The notes beneath the pieces are model-generated. The model saw nothing but the letters and a program-made list of their open reading frames with translations, did no database searches and was not told the DNA's origin. This document shows, one piece after another, positions 1 through 7,736 of a stretch of DNA of 64,000 nucleotides; position 1 is the stretch's first letter, and every line of letters begins with the position of its first letter. The DNA lies in the NCBI GenBank assembly GCA_934096805.1, contig CAKOMW010000001.1:215633-279632 (forward strand). Reading direction: 5' to 3'. This stretch comes from an uncultured Bacilli bacterium (GTDB lineage: Bacteria > Bacillota_I > Bacilli_A > RF39 > UBA660). Both the position numbers and the translations under genes were made by a program.

Positions 1-923
1 TTTCTCGTTCTTCTTTTAAATGGGGTATTCCTGTTTCTTTTGATGATAATCACGTTATTTATGTTTGGATTGATGCCCTTACTAATTATATTACGTTTTT
101 AGGTTATAATCCTGATGGTGAATCTAGTGATGAATTTAAAAAATATTGGCCTTGTGATATTCATTTAATTGGTAAGGATATTTTGCGTTTTCATACTATT
201 TATTGGCCTATCATATTGAAAGCACTTGATTTAGAACTTCCAAAACAAATATTTGGTCATCCATGGATGTTGTTTGGCAATGATAAAATGAGTAAGAGTA
301 AAGGTAATATTGTTTATGCTGATGATTTGGTTAATGAATTTGGTGTTGATGCTATTAGATATTACATGGTTCATGAAATGCCATTTGCTTCTGATGGGAC
401 TTTTACTAGAGATCTGCTTATTGATAGTATTAATGCTAATCTTGCAAATGTTTTGGGAAATTTAGTTAATAGAACTATTGGAATGATTAATAAATACTTT
501 GATGGTATAGTTTGTAATAAGGATGTTTTGCTTGATGAGGATAGAGATTTGATTGATTTGGTGTTGTCAATTAAGAATATTGTTGATGATAAAATGAATA
601 ATTTACGTGTTGCTGATTCACTAGATGCAATATTTGATATTTTTAGAAGATGTAACAAATATATTGATGAAACTATGCCATGGATGCTTGCAAAGGATGA
701 AGCTAATAGTGATAGGCTTTCTACTGTTTTGTATAATTTAATTGAGTCTATTAGATTTGGTGCAGTTTTGTTGCAACCTTTTATGCCTGATACTAGTAAG
801 AATATATTGGATCAGATTAATACTGATATTTGTTCTTTTGATAGTTTAGATAAATTTGGTTATTATAAATCTAATACTAGGTTGAATGAAAGTTTTGTTC
901 TTTTTAAAAGAATTGATAAATAA
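1..923 (+). CDS. metG: Methionine--tRNA ligase, C-terminal ~300 codons (5' end outside window)
   Basis: Frame 3 is open from the window edge (SRSSFKWGIPVSFDDNHVIYVWIDALTNY...). Class I aaRS KMSKS loop (DKMSKSKGN, ~282-305) and a helical anticodon-binding domain. Stop TAA 921-923. Confidence 0.93.
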   Translation, partial: SRSSFKWGIPVSFDDNHVIYVWIDALTNYITFLGYNPDGESSDEFKKYWPCDIHLIGKDILRFHTIYWPIILKALDLELPKQIFGHPWMLFGNDKMSKSKGNIVYADDLVNEFGVDAIRYYMVHEMPFASDGTFTRDLLIDSINANLANVLGNLVNRTIGMINKYFDGIVCNKDVLLDEDRDLIDLVLSIKNIVDDKMNNLRVADSLDAIFDIFRRCNKYIDETMPWMLAKDEANSDRLSTVLYNLIESIRFGAVLLQPFMPDTSKNILDQINTDICSFDSLDKFGYYKSNTRLNESFVLFKRIDK

Positions 924-930
924 TGTGTAA

Positions 931-968
931 AAAGAGAGTGTCAAATGATTAGAAATTCTCTTTTTTTT
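931..968 (+). terminator. Possible rho-independent terminator after metG
   Basis: aaagaga (931-937) can pair with tctcttt (957-963), followed by a T8 run. The loop is long (19 nt), so this is weak. Confidence 0.35.
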
Positions 969-1038
969 GTTGGTTTTTGTCGTTTTGTGTTTTATAATTT
1001 AATTGTAGTAGAAAATAACAGATAAAAAGGAGATAATT

Positions 1039-1203
1039 ATGATAGCAGAAATTTTAAAGAAGTATGCAGTAATTATGTGTGTTGTTTTTATACTAGTAAT
1101 GGTTTATTTGACTAGTGTGCGTGCGCCTATAGATGTGTTTTATTTTTTGGCAATGCTTTTGGGCGTATATGTTTTTGCAAAAGATATAGATATAGATGCG
1201 TAA
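1039..1203 (+). CDS. Small hypothetical membrane protein (54 aa)
   Basis: Not in the supplied track (<60 aa). ATG 1039 lies 6 nt after AAGGAG. Translation is MIAEILKKYAVIMCVVFILVMVYLTSVRAPIDVFYFLAMLLGVYVFAKDIDIDA, with two hydrophobic helices. Stop TAA 1201-1203. Confidence 0.45.
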   Translation: MIAEILKKYAVIMCVVFILVMVYLTSVRAPIDVFYFLAMLLGVYVFAKDIDIDA

Positions 1204-1243
1204 GCGTCTTTTTTTTGGTATAATTTTATGGGAGGTAATTGTT

Positions 1244-2002
1244 ATGTTTGATACGCATTTGCATTTAGTTAATGAGGGATATTCTGATTTGGATAAGATT
1301 ATAAATGATGCGAAGGATGCTGGTGTTTTGTATTTAATACTTGGTGGTTGTTCTAAAAGTGATAATATTTCTAGCATAGAGCTTTGTAAAAATTATAATA
1401 ATTTATTTTTAACTCTTGGGTATCATCCAAGTGAAGTAGATGATTTGATGGATAACGATTTGTTGTTGCTTGAAAAGCAAATTATTGATAATAAAGATAA
1501 AGTTGTTGGAATTGGGGAAATTGGTCTTGATTATCATTATGGCAAAGATAATAGGAATTTACAAATAGAACTTTTTCAAAAACAAATACTTTTGGCAAAA
1601 AAATATGATTTACCGGTTGTTATTCATACTAGGGATGCGATTTCTGAAACTTATGATATATTAAAGGATAGTGAGGTTAAGGGTGTTATACATTGCTTTT
1701 CTGGTAGTTTAGAAATGGCTAAAAAGTTTATTGAACTGGGGTTTTATTTAGGAATTGGTGGTGTTGTTACTTTTTCTAATAGTAAGCTGGGAGATATTAT
1801 AAAGGAAATTGACTTGTCACATATTGTTTTAGAAACAGATTCCCCTTATTTATCACCATTTAGGGGTATGAAGAATGAACCTAAAAATATTAGGGTAATT
1901 GCAGAAAAAATTGCTGATTTAAAGGGGATTTCTGTTTTTGATGTAGAAAAAATTACCAGTGCTAATGCAATTAGTTTATTTGACTTAGAAACAAAAATAT
2001 GA
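1244..2002 (+). CDS. tatD: TatD-family metal-dependent hydrolase/DNase
   Basis: Motifs MFDTHLHL (HxH), EIGLDYHY, VIHTRDA, HCFSGS and ETDSPYL. GGGAGG RBS 8 nt before ATG 1244; the track start at 1196 is an upstream extension. Conserved metG-tatD neighbourhood. Confidence 0.9.
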   Translation: MFDTHLHLVNEGYSDLDKIINDAKDAGVLYLILGGCSKSDNISSIELCKNYNNLFLTLGYHPSEVDDLMDNDLLLLEKQIIDNKDKVVGIGEIGLDYHYGKDNRNLQIELFQKQILLAKKYDLPVVIHTRDAISETYDILKDSEVKGVIHCFSGSLEMAKKFIELGFYLGIGGVVTFSNSKLGDIIKEIDLSHIVLETDSPYLSPFRGMKNEPKNIRVIAEKIADLKGISVFDVEKITSANAISLFDLETKI

Positions 2003-2030
2003 TAGAATTTTGTTAGTTGAGGTGATTTTT

Positions 2031-2624
2031 TTGAATCATAAAAGAAGTAAAAAGTTTAAAGTACTAATGTCTTTATTTTTTATATTTGGTTTAGGATTAA
2101 TTTCTATTGGGAGTTGTCTTATATATACATTTAAAAAAGATGTTAATAGTATAAAAATAGAGAATGATAATTCTGAGTTGCTTAAGTATTCTATTTTAAA
2201 GAATGGGCAGTCAGAATTGTTAGAGAAAGAGTTGAAGCCTGTTTTTTATAATTCTGTTGCTAATGCTGTTTTTAATTCTAAGAAGTATCCTACAAGTTTT
2301 AAAGCTAAGTTAGTTCATTATGGTCCTGATTGTGCTTCTTGTAGTGGTCGTCTTGGTTGTAATGGACAAAATGCAAAAAATGGGAATATTTATTATAATG
2401 ATAAAGAGTATGGGAAAGTTAGAATTGTTGCAGCCTCTTCTATGTTTCCATGTGGCACTATATTAAAGATGCATGTAAAGGCTTATAATAATATGTATGT
2501 TATTGTTCTTGATAGGGGTGTTGATTCGTCGATGGTTGATTTGCTTAAGGAAAGTCAAAGGTCTAAGTCTCCAGTTAGAACAGTTAATAATGTAGTATTC
2601 GACATTGTTCGATATGGATATTAA
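2031..2624 (+). CDS. Membrane-anchored protein with C-terminal 3D/DPBB-like (RlpA/MltA-type) domain
   Basis: N-terminal TM helix (VLMSLFFIFGLGLISIGSCLIY). The C-terminal region HYGPDCASCSG...VRIVAASSMFPCGTILKM...VIVLDRGVDSSMVDLL resembles 3D-domain cell-wall proteins. Likely start TTG 2031 after GAGGTGA; the track ORF starts at 2010. Confidence 0.6.
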   Translation: MNHKRSKKFKVLMSLFFIFGLGLISIGSCLIYTFKKDVNSIKIENDNSELLKYSILKNGQSELLEKELKPVFYNSVANAVFNSKKYPTSFKAKLVHYGPDCASCSGRLGCNGQNAKNGNIYYNDKEYGKVRIVAASSMFPCGTILKMHVKAYNNMYVIVLDRGVDSSMVDLLKESQRSKSPVRTVNNVVFDIVRYGY

Positions 2625-2656
2625 ATCAATGGTTTTATAACTATTGATTTTTTTTG
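2624..2656 (+). terminator. Rho-independent terminator
   Basis: aatcaatgg (2624-2632) pairs with ctattgatt (2641-2649) with 1 mismatch, then a T-run at 2650-2655. Confidence 0.6.
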
Positions 2657-2685
2657 TAAAATTTATTAAAAATATTAAAAATATC

Positions 2686-2714
2686 TTGCAATCTTGTTCA
2701 AAATATATTATTAT
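2686..2714 (+). promoter_or_regulatory. Putative sigma-A-type promoter of the TasA-like genes
   Basis: TTGCAA (2686-2691), 17-nt spacer, TATTAT (2709-2714), ~27 nt upstream of ATG 2741. Confidence 0.45.
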
Positions 2715-2740
2715 GATTATAGTAAAGGAGGTTAAACATA

Positions 2741-3328
2741 ATGGAAGAAAATAATTCTAAGAAAATTTTATTGACAGTTTTAGGAGTTGCAATTTTAGTT
2801 GTTGCAGTGGTAGGTATTTCATTCGCTTTATTTACTATGAGTGGTGAAACTAAAGCAAATACTATTACTTCTGGTTCAATAACAATGAGTTTCTCTGAAG
2901 TTACAAATGGAATAAGTATCACTGATGCTTTACCAATGGATGAAGCTACTGCTTTGACTACTTATGCAGATAAATACTTTGAATTTTCAGTTTCAACTAC
3001 TGCTAATAATTTAAATGTTCCATACACTGTAACTGTTGAAAAAACTAAGGGTGATTTGACTGATGATCAAATAGGAATTAATCTTCAAGAAAAGAGTGGT
3101 AATGATTGGGTTAACAAAGTCACTAATAATACTAAGGTTAGTGGATTAACTGCTTATAATGGTTCTGCAACTGCTAAGCAATTATTAAAAGTTGATTCAA
3201 ACACTGGCACTACTGCTGGTAAAACAGATACTTATAGATTAAGAATTTGGATTGATAAAGCACAAGATTATAGTGCTGTACAAGGAAAATCTTATTCTTT
3301 AAGAGTTGATGTTTATGGTAATGTTTAA
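2741..3328 (+). CDS. TasA/camelysin-like secreted protein with SipW-dependent-type signal peptide (paralog 1)
   Basis: Short K-rich n-region and a hydrophobic helix, then ISFALFTMSGETKANTITSGSITMSF (compare B. subtilis TasA ...WAAFNDIKSKDATFASGTLDL). T/N-rich core. C-terminal strands YRLRIWID..YSLRVDVYG. RBS AAAGGAGG. sipW lies in the same locus. Confidence 0.75.
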   Translation: MEENNSKKILLTVLGVAILVVAVVGISFALFTMSGETKANTITSGSITMSFSEVTNGISITDALPMDEATALTTYADKYFEFSVSTTANNLNVPYTVTVEKTKGDLTDDQIGINLQEKSGNDWVNKVTNNTKVSGLTAYNGSATAKQLLKVDSNTGTTAGKTDTYRLRIWIDKAQDYSAVQGKSYSLRVDVYGNV

Positions 3329-3350
3329 AATATGAAAGGAGTTAAATAAA

Positions 3351-4133
3351 ATGGAAAATAATAAAACAATGGTTTTATCTATCTTAGGTGTTTTAGTATT
3401 AGTTATTGCTGTAGTTGGTGTTTCATTCGCTATGTATACTTTCTCTGCAACAGGAACTAGAGAAAATACAATTAGTACTGGTTCAGTTTCATTAACATTT
3501 AGTGCTGATCAACAACAATTATTTGCACTTGATAATGAATATATAAAAACTGATGCTCAAGGTTTAGCAAGCGAAGGTAAATCTTTCTCTTTAACTTCTG
3601 CATTAAATGGTACAATGAATGTTGCATATGAAATAGGTTTTACAGAAGTAACACAAGATAATACCAATTTAACAGATAGTTTAGTTATGGTTAATATTAA
3701 AGATAATAATGATAACTATTTAATGGGTAGTGCAAGTGCTGGTGCTACTATTAATTCTGTTAAAGCTAATGTAGGATTTGATCAAACTGCTATTGATAAT
3801 ATGATTACTGGCAATGCAGCTGCTTCTACTGGAAAAGTTTTAGCTAATAGTTTCTTATTAAATGAATATGTATTTGATAAGGGTACTATTAATGGTACTA
3901 CTGGTGTTAATAAAACTTATACTATAAAAGCATGGATTTCTGATCAATACCAATTAAAAGGTGGAGAAGCTAGTACTGCTAATAATACTTATTGTACAGT
4001 TAATGATGCTGTTGATAGTTCTATAAAAACTGCTGAAGCTTGTAAAGCTGCTAAAGGTACTTGGACACAAGAAAAAGCTACTACTGCTGAAACATTTAGT
4101 TTTAAAATCAAAGTTTCTGCAACTCAAGTTTAA
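3351..4133 (+). CDS. TasA/camelysin-like secreted protein with SipW-dependent-type signal peptide (paralog 2)
   Basis: Same N-terminal architecture (VSFAMYTFSATGTRENTISTGSVSLTF) and C-terminal strands (YTIKAWIS..FSFKIKVSATQV). RBS AAAGGAG. Only 22 nt after paralog 1. Confidence 0.75.
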   Translation: MENNKTMVLSILGVLVLVIAVVGVSFAMYTFSATGTRENTISTGSVSLTFSADQQQLFALDNEYIKTDAQGLASEGKSFSLTSALNGTMNVAYEIGFTEVTQDNTNLTDSLVMVNIKDNNDNYLMGSASAGATINSVKANVGFDQTAIDNMITGNAAASTGKVLANSFLLNEYVFDKGTINGTTGVNKTYTIKAWISDQYQLKGGEASTANNTYCTVNDAVDSSIKTAEACKAAKGTWTQEKATTAETFSFKIKVSATQV

Positions 4134-4147
4134 TTTTGAGTTTTGTT

Positions 4148-4176
4148 AAACAAGCATTTTGCTTGTTTTTTTTTTA
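4148..4176 (+). terminator. Rho-independent terminator closing the two-gene subunit unit
   Basis: acaagc (4150-4155), loop atttt, gcttgt (4161-4166), followed by a T-run of about 9 nt. Confidence 0.7.
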
Positions 4177-4266
4177 CACTTTTTCAAATAATTTATAAAA
4201 ACTTCTTTAAAAAAGTTGATATTTGTGGTATTCTAATGTTAGTAAGATAATAAGTGGGTGAATTGT

Positions 4267-4959
4267 ATGAATGACAAAAAGAATAATATTGAGAATGAAA
4301 TTTATACAAATGCTGATAATTTGAAAATTGCTGATGATGTAGCTCTAGAAATACTTCATCCTGAAGAAAAAAATAGAAGAACTTTTATTTTTTTAGTGTT
4401 GATGTTATTGGTTCTTTTGACATCTCTTATTTCATTTATATGTTTTTCTATGGCTGATCGTTTTAATGATGTTAAGGATAATACGATTACGACTGGTTCT
4501 GTTGTTTTTTCTTTTAATGATAGTAGAAATTATATTAATATGATTAATGTTTATCCTATATCAGATGATGTTGGCATGAAATTAAATGGTAAAGGTGAGA
4601 TGTATGAGTTTTCAGTTTCTGAAAAATATTATGGAAAACCTCATGGTGGAAAGAAAAAAAAATATGCTAATTATGAAGTTTCTTTGATTTTAGATAAGAA
4701 AAATACTATTTCTCCTCAGCATATTAAGATTTACTTGCTTAAGAATGGAAAAGAAGTAAAAATTAATAATAAAAAAATTAATAGAGTTTTTGATTTGCCT
4801 AAGAGTAAAGTTAGAAAAAATGGGTATACTTTAATTAGAAATAGAGTAGATAGAGATAGTTATGATCAATATGTGTTTAGAATGTGGCTTTCAACTGATT
4901 ATAAGGTTGATAACGTTTCCAGAGTTTTTAAATGCTATATTGGTGTTGATAGTTATTAA
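4267..4959 (+). CDS. TasA-like paralog 3 with long cytoplasmic N-terminal extension (anchor/TapA-like candidate)
   Basis: About 40 residues precede the TM helix (FIFLVLMLLVLLTSLISFICF). The shared motif FSMADRFNDVKDNTITTGSVVFSF follows, then C-terminal strands YVFRMWLS..FKCYIGVDSY. ATG 4267 follows GTGGGTG; the track start is GTG 4258. Confidence 0.65.
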   Translation: MNDKKNNIENEIYTNADNLKIADDVALEILHPEEKNRRTFIFLVLMLLVLLTSLISFICFSMADRFNDVKDNTITTGSVVFSFNDSRNYINMINVYPISDDVGMKLNGKGEMYEFSVSEKYYGKPHGGKKKKYANYEVSLILDKKNTISPQHIKIYLLKNGKEVKINNKKINRVFDLPKSKVRKNGYTLIRNRVDRDSYDQYVFRMWLSTDYKVDNVSRVFKCYIGVDSY

Positions 4960-4967
4960 AGAAAGGA

Positions 4968-5615
4968 TTGGTAGTTGTGAAAAAAGGTTTTAAGTTGTTT
5001 TTAAAAGTTATTACTTCAGCATTGTTTGTTCTTCTTTTGATGGTTATGGTATTTTTACTTGTTTATGTAGTTAGGGTTAAATTACTCGCTAATAATAATG
5101 ATTTGGGGGAAGTAAAAGTTAATTTTTACACCATTTTGTCTCCTAGTATGTATCCTACAATAAAAGCGGGGGATATAATTGTAACTTATAAGAAAGATAA
5201 TTACTATAAGGGAGATATTATTACTTTTGTGTCTTCTTCTAATATTAGTTATGGGAAAACAATAACACATAGGATACATTCGACTCCAGTAGAAGTTGAT
5301 GGGCAAATGCAATATATTACTAAGGGGGATAACAATCCTTCTCCTGATTCTTCTCCTGTAGCTTCTTCTAATGTTCTTGGTAAAGTTCTTTTTAAGATTC
5401 CCAAAGCTGGATATATTCAACAATTTTTACTTTCTAAAGTTGGGTGGGTCAGTGTCATTTTAATACCATGTCTTGGTGTTGTTATTTACGATATTTTAAA
5501 AGTGTTTAAGATAGCAGGTAGAAAAACTAGGACAATTATTAGAAAAGATGATAGGACAAAAAAGGCTAGGAAAGATTTGCTTGATGCTTTAGATGATGAA
5601 AAGGAGGAAAAATAA
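4968..5615 (+). CDS. sipW: Signal peptidase I, SipW / ER-archaeal type
   Basis: N-terminal TM helix, catalytic Ser box LSPSMYPTIKAGD, His box ITHRIH and KGDNNPSPD. C-terminal TM helix plus a basic tail. The start (TTG 4968 or GTG 4977) is uncertain. Confidence 0.85.
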   Translation: MVVVKKGFKLFLKVITSALFVLLLMVMVFLLVYVVRVKLLANNNDLGEVKVNFYTILSPSMYPTIKAGDIIVTYKKDNYYKGDIITFVSSSNISYGKTITHRIHSTPVEVDGQMQYITKGDNNPSPDSSPVASSNVLGKVLFKIPKAGYIQQFLLSKVGWVSVILIPCLGVVIYDILKVFKIAGRKTRTIIRKDDRTKKARKDLLDALDDEKEEK

Positions 5616-6286
5616 TGATTAAAGATTTTTTGAATCTCTTTGGTAATATGATAATTATGATTGGAATTATTATGGCTTCTTTCTTGTTGCTTATAAATCT
5701 ATACCATTATAGAGATGTTTCGCATACTTATTCAGTTGATTTTGATAATAATAGTAATGTTGTTGAAATGAAAAAGAATATAGAAAAATCTGAAAAATTG
5801 CTTTCTAAGAGTAATACGAGCTCAGTTGCTACTTCTGTTAAAGGAAGTATAGATAAATGTATTGCTACTTTTAAAAATTCAGATATTTATAAAAATTCTG
5901 GTGCTGTTAATTATAAATATTATAATTCTTATAATGATAATCATTATATGTATTCAGATATTAATAGAGAATGTAATGCATTGCTTAATTCTAATTTAAA
6001 AATTCAAGTTGTTCTTGATAATTCTGCTAGTAAGAGTTATGATTCTATGTATTCTGTTTATGAAAAGAATTTTAATTATGCTTATTCTAATGCTGAGTAC
6101 TTATATAATAAATCTTTGAATACTAATTCTTATTCATTTTCTAGTGATATTAATAAGCTTACTGTGTTTGATGATTTAAAGAATGATTTTGTACTTACTG
6201 TTAATAATTATAAAAACGTATCTTCTTTAATTTTGGATTTGGCTATTTGGTATTCTTCTACTTTTGGAGGTGTTTCTAATGAGTAA
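5615..6286 (+). CDS. Hypothetical single-pass membrane protein with N/S/Y-rich extracytoplasmic domain
   Basis: ATG overlaps the sipW stop (ATAATGA). TM helix MIIMIGIIMASFLLLINLY. I recognise no family. Confidence 0.6.
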   Translation: MIKDFLNLFGNMIIMIGIIMASFLLLINLYHYRDVSHTYSVDFDNNSNVVEMKKNIEKSEKLLSKSNTSSVATSVKGSIDKCIATFKNSDIYKNSGAVNYKYYNSYNDNHYMYSDINRECNALLNSNLKIQVVLDNSASKSYDSMYSVYEKNFNYAYSNAEYLYNKSLNTNSYSFSSDINKLTVFDDLKNDFVLTVNNYKNVSSLILDLAIWYSSTFGGVSNE

Positions 6287-6752
6287 GGTTCTTTCTAAGT
6301 TTTTATTTCTTTTGAAATATATTTTGCTTTTAGTAGCATTTGCTTTGGTTTTATATGGAATGTTAGCTATGTATGGAAGATTAGATAAAAAAATTACTGA
6401 TGCAATTTCTACATTTATTCCATTTATTATAGTATTTTTGATTTTTGTAGTAAATTTATTTGTTGGTAGAAAATATTGTAGCGAATCTCTTTTGCTTAAT
6501 TTTGGTTCATTTTTAATACTTTTAGTTATATGTCTAATATGTCTAAGAGCTCAATTTGATAAGAATATGATTGTTTATTATAAGTATGGTATTTCATATA
6601 ATGCTGCTTTTCTAGCTGATAATTTAGCCTCGATTAAGTCGATGTTGTATTTACTTTCTGGTTCTAATGTCTTGTTTATTATTGCTTCGTTTTTTGATAA
6701 GAAAAAGAAAAATAAGGCAATTTCAGATGCTGTAGAGGAAAAAAGTAATTGA
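6279..6752 (+). CDS. Hypothetical polytopic (about 4 TM) membrane protein
   Basis: ATG 6279 follows GGAGGTG and overlaps the preceding gene by 8 nt. Four hydrophobic segments and a K-rich C-terminal tail. I recognise no family. Confidence 0.6.
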   Translation: MSKVLSKFLFLLKYILLLVAFALVLYGMLAMYGRLDKKITDAISTFIPFIIVFLIFVVNLFVGRKYCSESLLLNFGSFLILLVICLICLRAQFDKNMIVYYKYGISYNAAFLADNLASIKSMLYLLSGSNVLFIIASFFDKKKKNKAISDAVEEKSN

Positions 6753-6782
6753 TTGTGTAAAAAAGTAATCAATTGCTTTTTT
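6745..6782 (+). terminator. Rho-independent terminator at the end of the SipW locus
   Basis: gtaattgatt (6745-6754) pairs with aatcaattgc (6767-6776), 10 bp including one G-U pair, then T6. Confidence 0.7.
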
Positions 6783-6822
6783 ATTTCAAAAAAAAATGTT
6801 ATTATAAGTGTGGTGATTTTTT

Positions 6823-7623
6823 ATGTTGAACGAATTTAGTTTTAAGAAAAAGTACGGTCAAAATTTTTTAATTGATAAGAACATTATAAATAAAATAGTT
6901 AATAGTATCGATGTCTTAGATAATTCTCTAGTTGTTGAGATAGGTTGTGGTGATGGGATGCTAACTAGTGAATTGTGTAAGAAATTTAAATTTGTGTTGG
7001 GTTATGAGATAGATTTGGATGTTAAAGATCGACTTTTTTCTAAAATTAATTCTTTTTCTAATTTTAAAATCATATTTGATGATTTTTTGAATAGAGATGT
7101 TGTTTTGGATATTAAAGATTTTGATTTGGATAATTTATATGTTGTTTCTAATCTTCCATATTATATTACAACTGCGATTATTGAAAAATTGATTGTTTCT
7201 GGTTTGAAGTTTAAACTCATGATTTTTATGGTTCAAAAAGAGGTTGCTGATAGATTTACAGCTAAAGTTGGCACTAAGGAATATAATTCTTTAACTGTTT
7301 TTTTAAATTATAAATATGATGTTAAGAAATTATTTGTAGTTAATAGGAAATGTTTTTATCCTGTTCCTAATGTTGATAGTGCAATTGTAGCTTTTACTTC
7401 AAATAATAAGAAGTATAGTGTTGATAATGAAGATTTGTTTTTTAGAGTTGTTAGGGATTGCTTTAAATTTAAGAGAAAAACAATCAAAAATAATTTAAAA
7501 AATTATGATTTAGATGCAATAGAAAGAGTTTTACTAAAACATGGCTTTGACCTTAGTGTGAGAGCGGAACAACTTAATATTCAGATATTTTGTGAAATAG
7601 CTAACGAATTGGCTAAGGATTGA
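6823..7623 (+). CDS. rsmA: 16S rRNA (adenine1518/1519-N6)-dimethyltransferase
   Basis: KKYGQNFL, SAM site VVEIGCGDGMLT, SNLPYYITT and a C-terminal RAEQL motif. Confidence 0.93.
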   Translation: MLNEFSFKKKYGQNFLIDKNIINKIVNSIDVLDNSLVVEIGCGDGMLTSELCKKFKFVLGYEIDLDVKDRLFSKINSFSNFKIIFDDFLNRDVVLDIKDFDLDNLYVVSNLPYYITTAIIEKLIVSGLKFKLMIFMVQKEVADRFTAKVGTKEYNSLTVFLNYKYDVKKLFVVNRKCFYPVPNVDSAIVAFTSNNKKYSVDNEDLFFRVVRDCFKFKRKTIKNNLKNYDLDAIERVLLKHGFDLSVRAEQLNIQIFCEIANELAKD

Positions 7624-7636
7624 ATTGTTACTTTTT

Positions 7637-7665
7637 TTGACTTTAATTAATATTTATAGTATACT
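7637..7665 (+). promoter_or_regulatory. Putative sigma-A promoter of srtB
   Basis: TTGACT (7637-7642), 17-nt spacer, TATACT (7660-7665). Confidence 0.5.
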
Positions 7666-7702
7666 TATCGTAGTGAATTTGTATATTTATTTTATATAAA
7701 GT

Positions 7703-7736
7703 GAGGTGAATACTGAATTTTTTCAGTTATATTATG
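7703..7736 (+). promoter_or_regulatory. Split ribosome-binding site: SD, hairpin, start codon
   Basis: GAGGTGA (7703-7709) is 24 nt from ATG 7734, and no purine-rich SD lies closer. Between them is the hairpin ACTGAA-tttt-TTCAGT (7712-7727). Folding it leaves an effective spacing of about 8 nt. Confidence 0.4.

Noticed and set aside
2741-4959. The three N-terminally hydrophobic proteins as type IV pilins or archaeal-type class III signal-peptide proteins.
   Set aside because: There is no G/A-F-T-L-x-E-type prepilin cleavage motif and no conserved Glu at +5. There is no prepilin peptidase or assembly ATPase nearby. Instead a SipW-type peptidase is adjacent, and the motif matches the TasA class.
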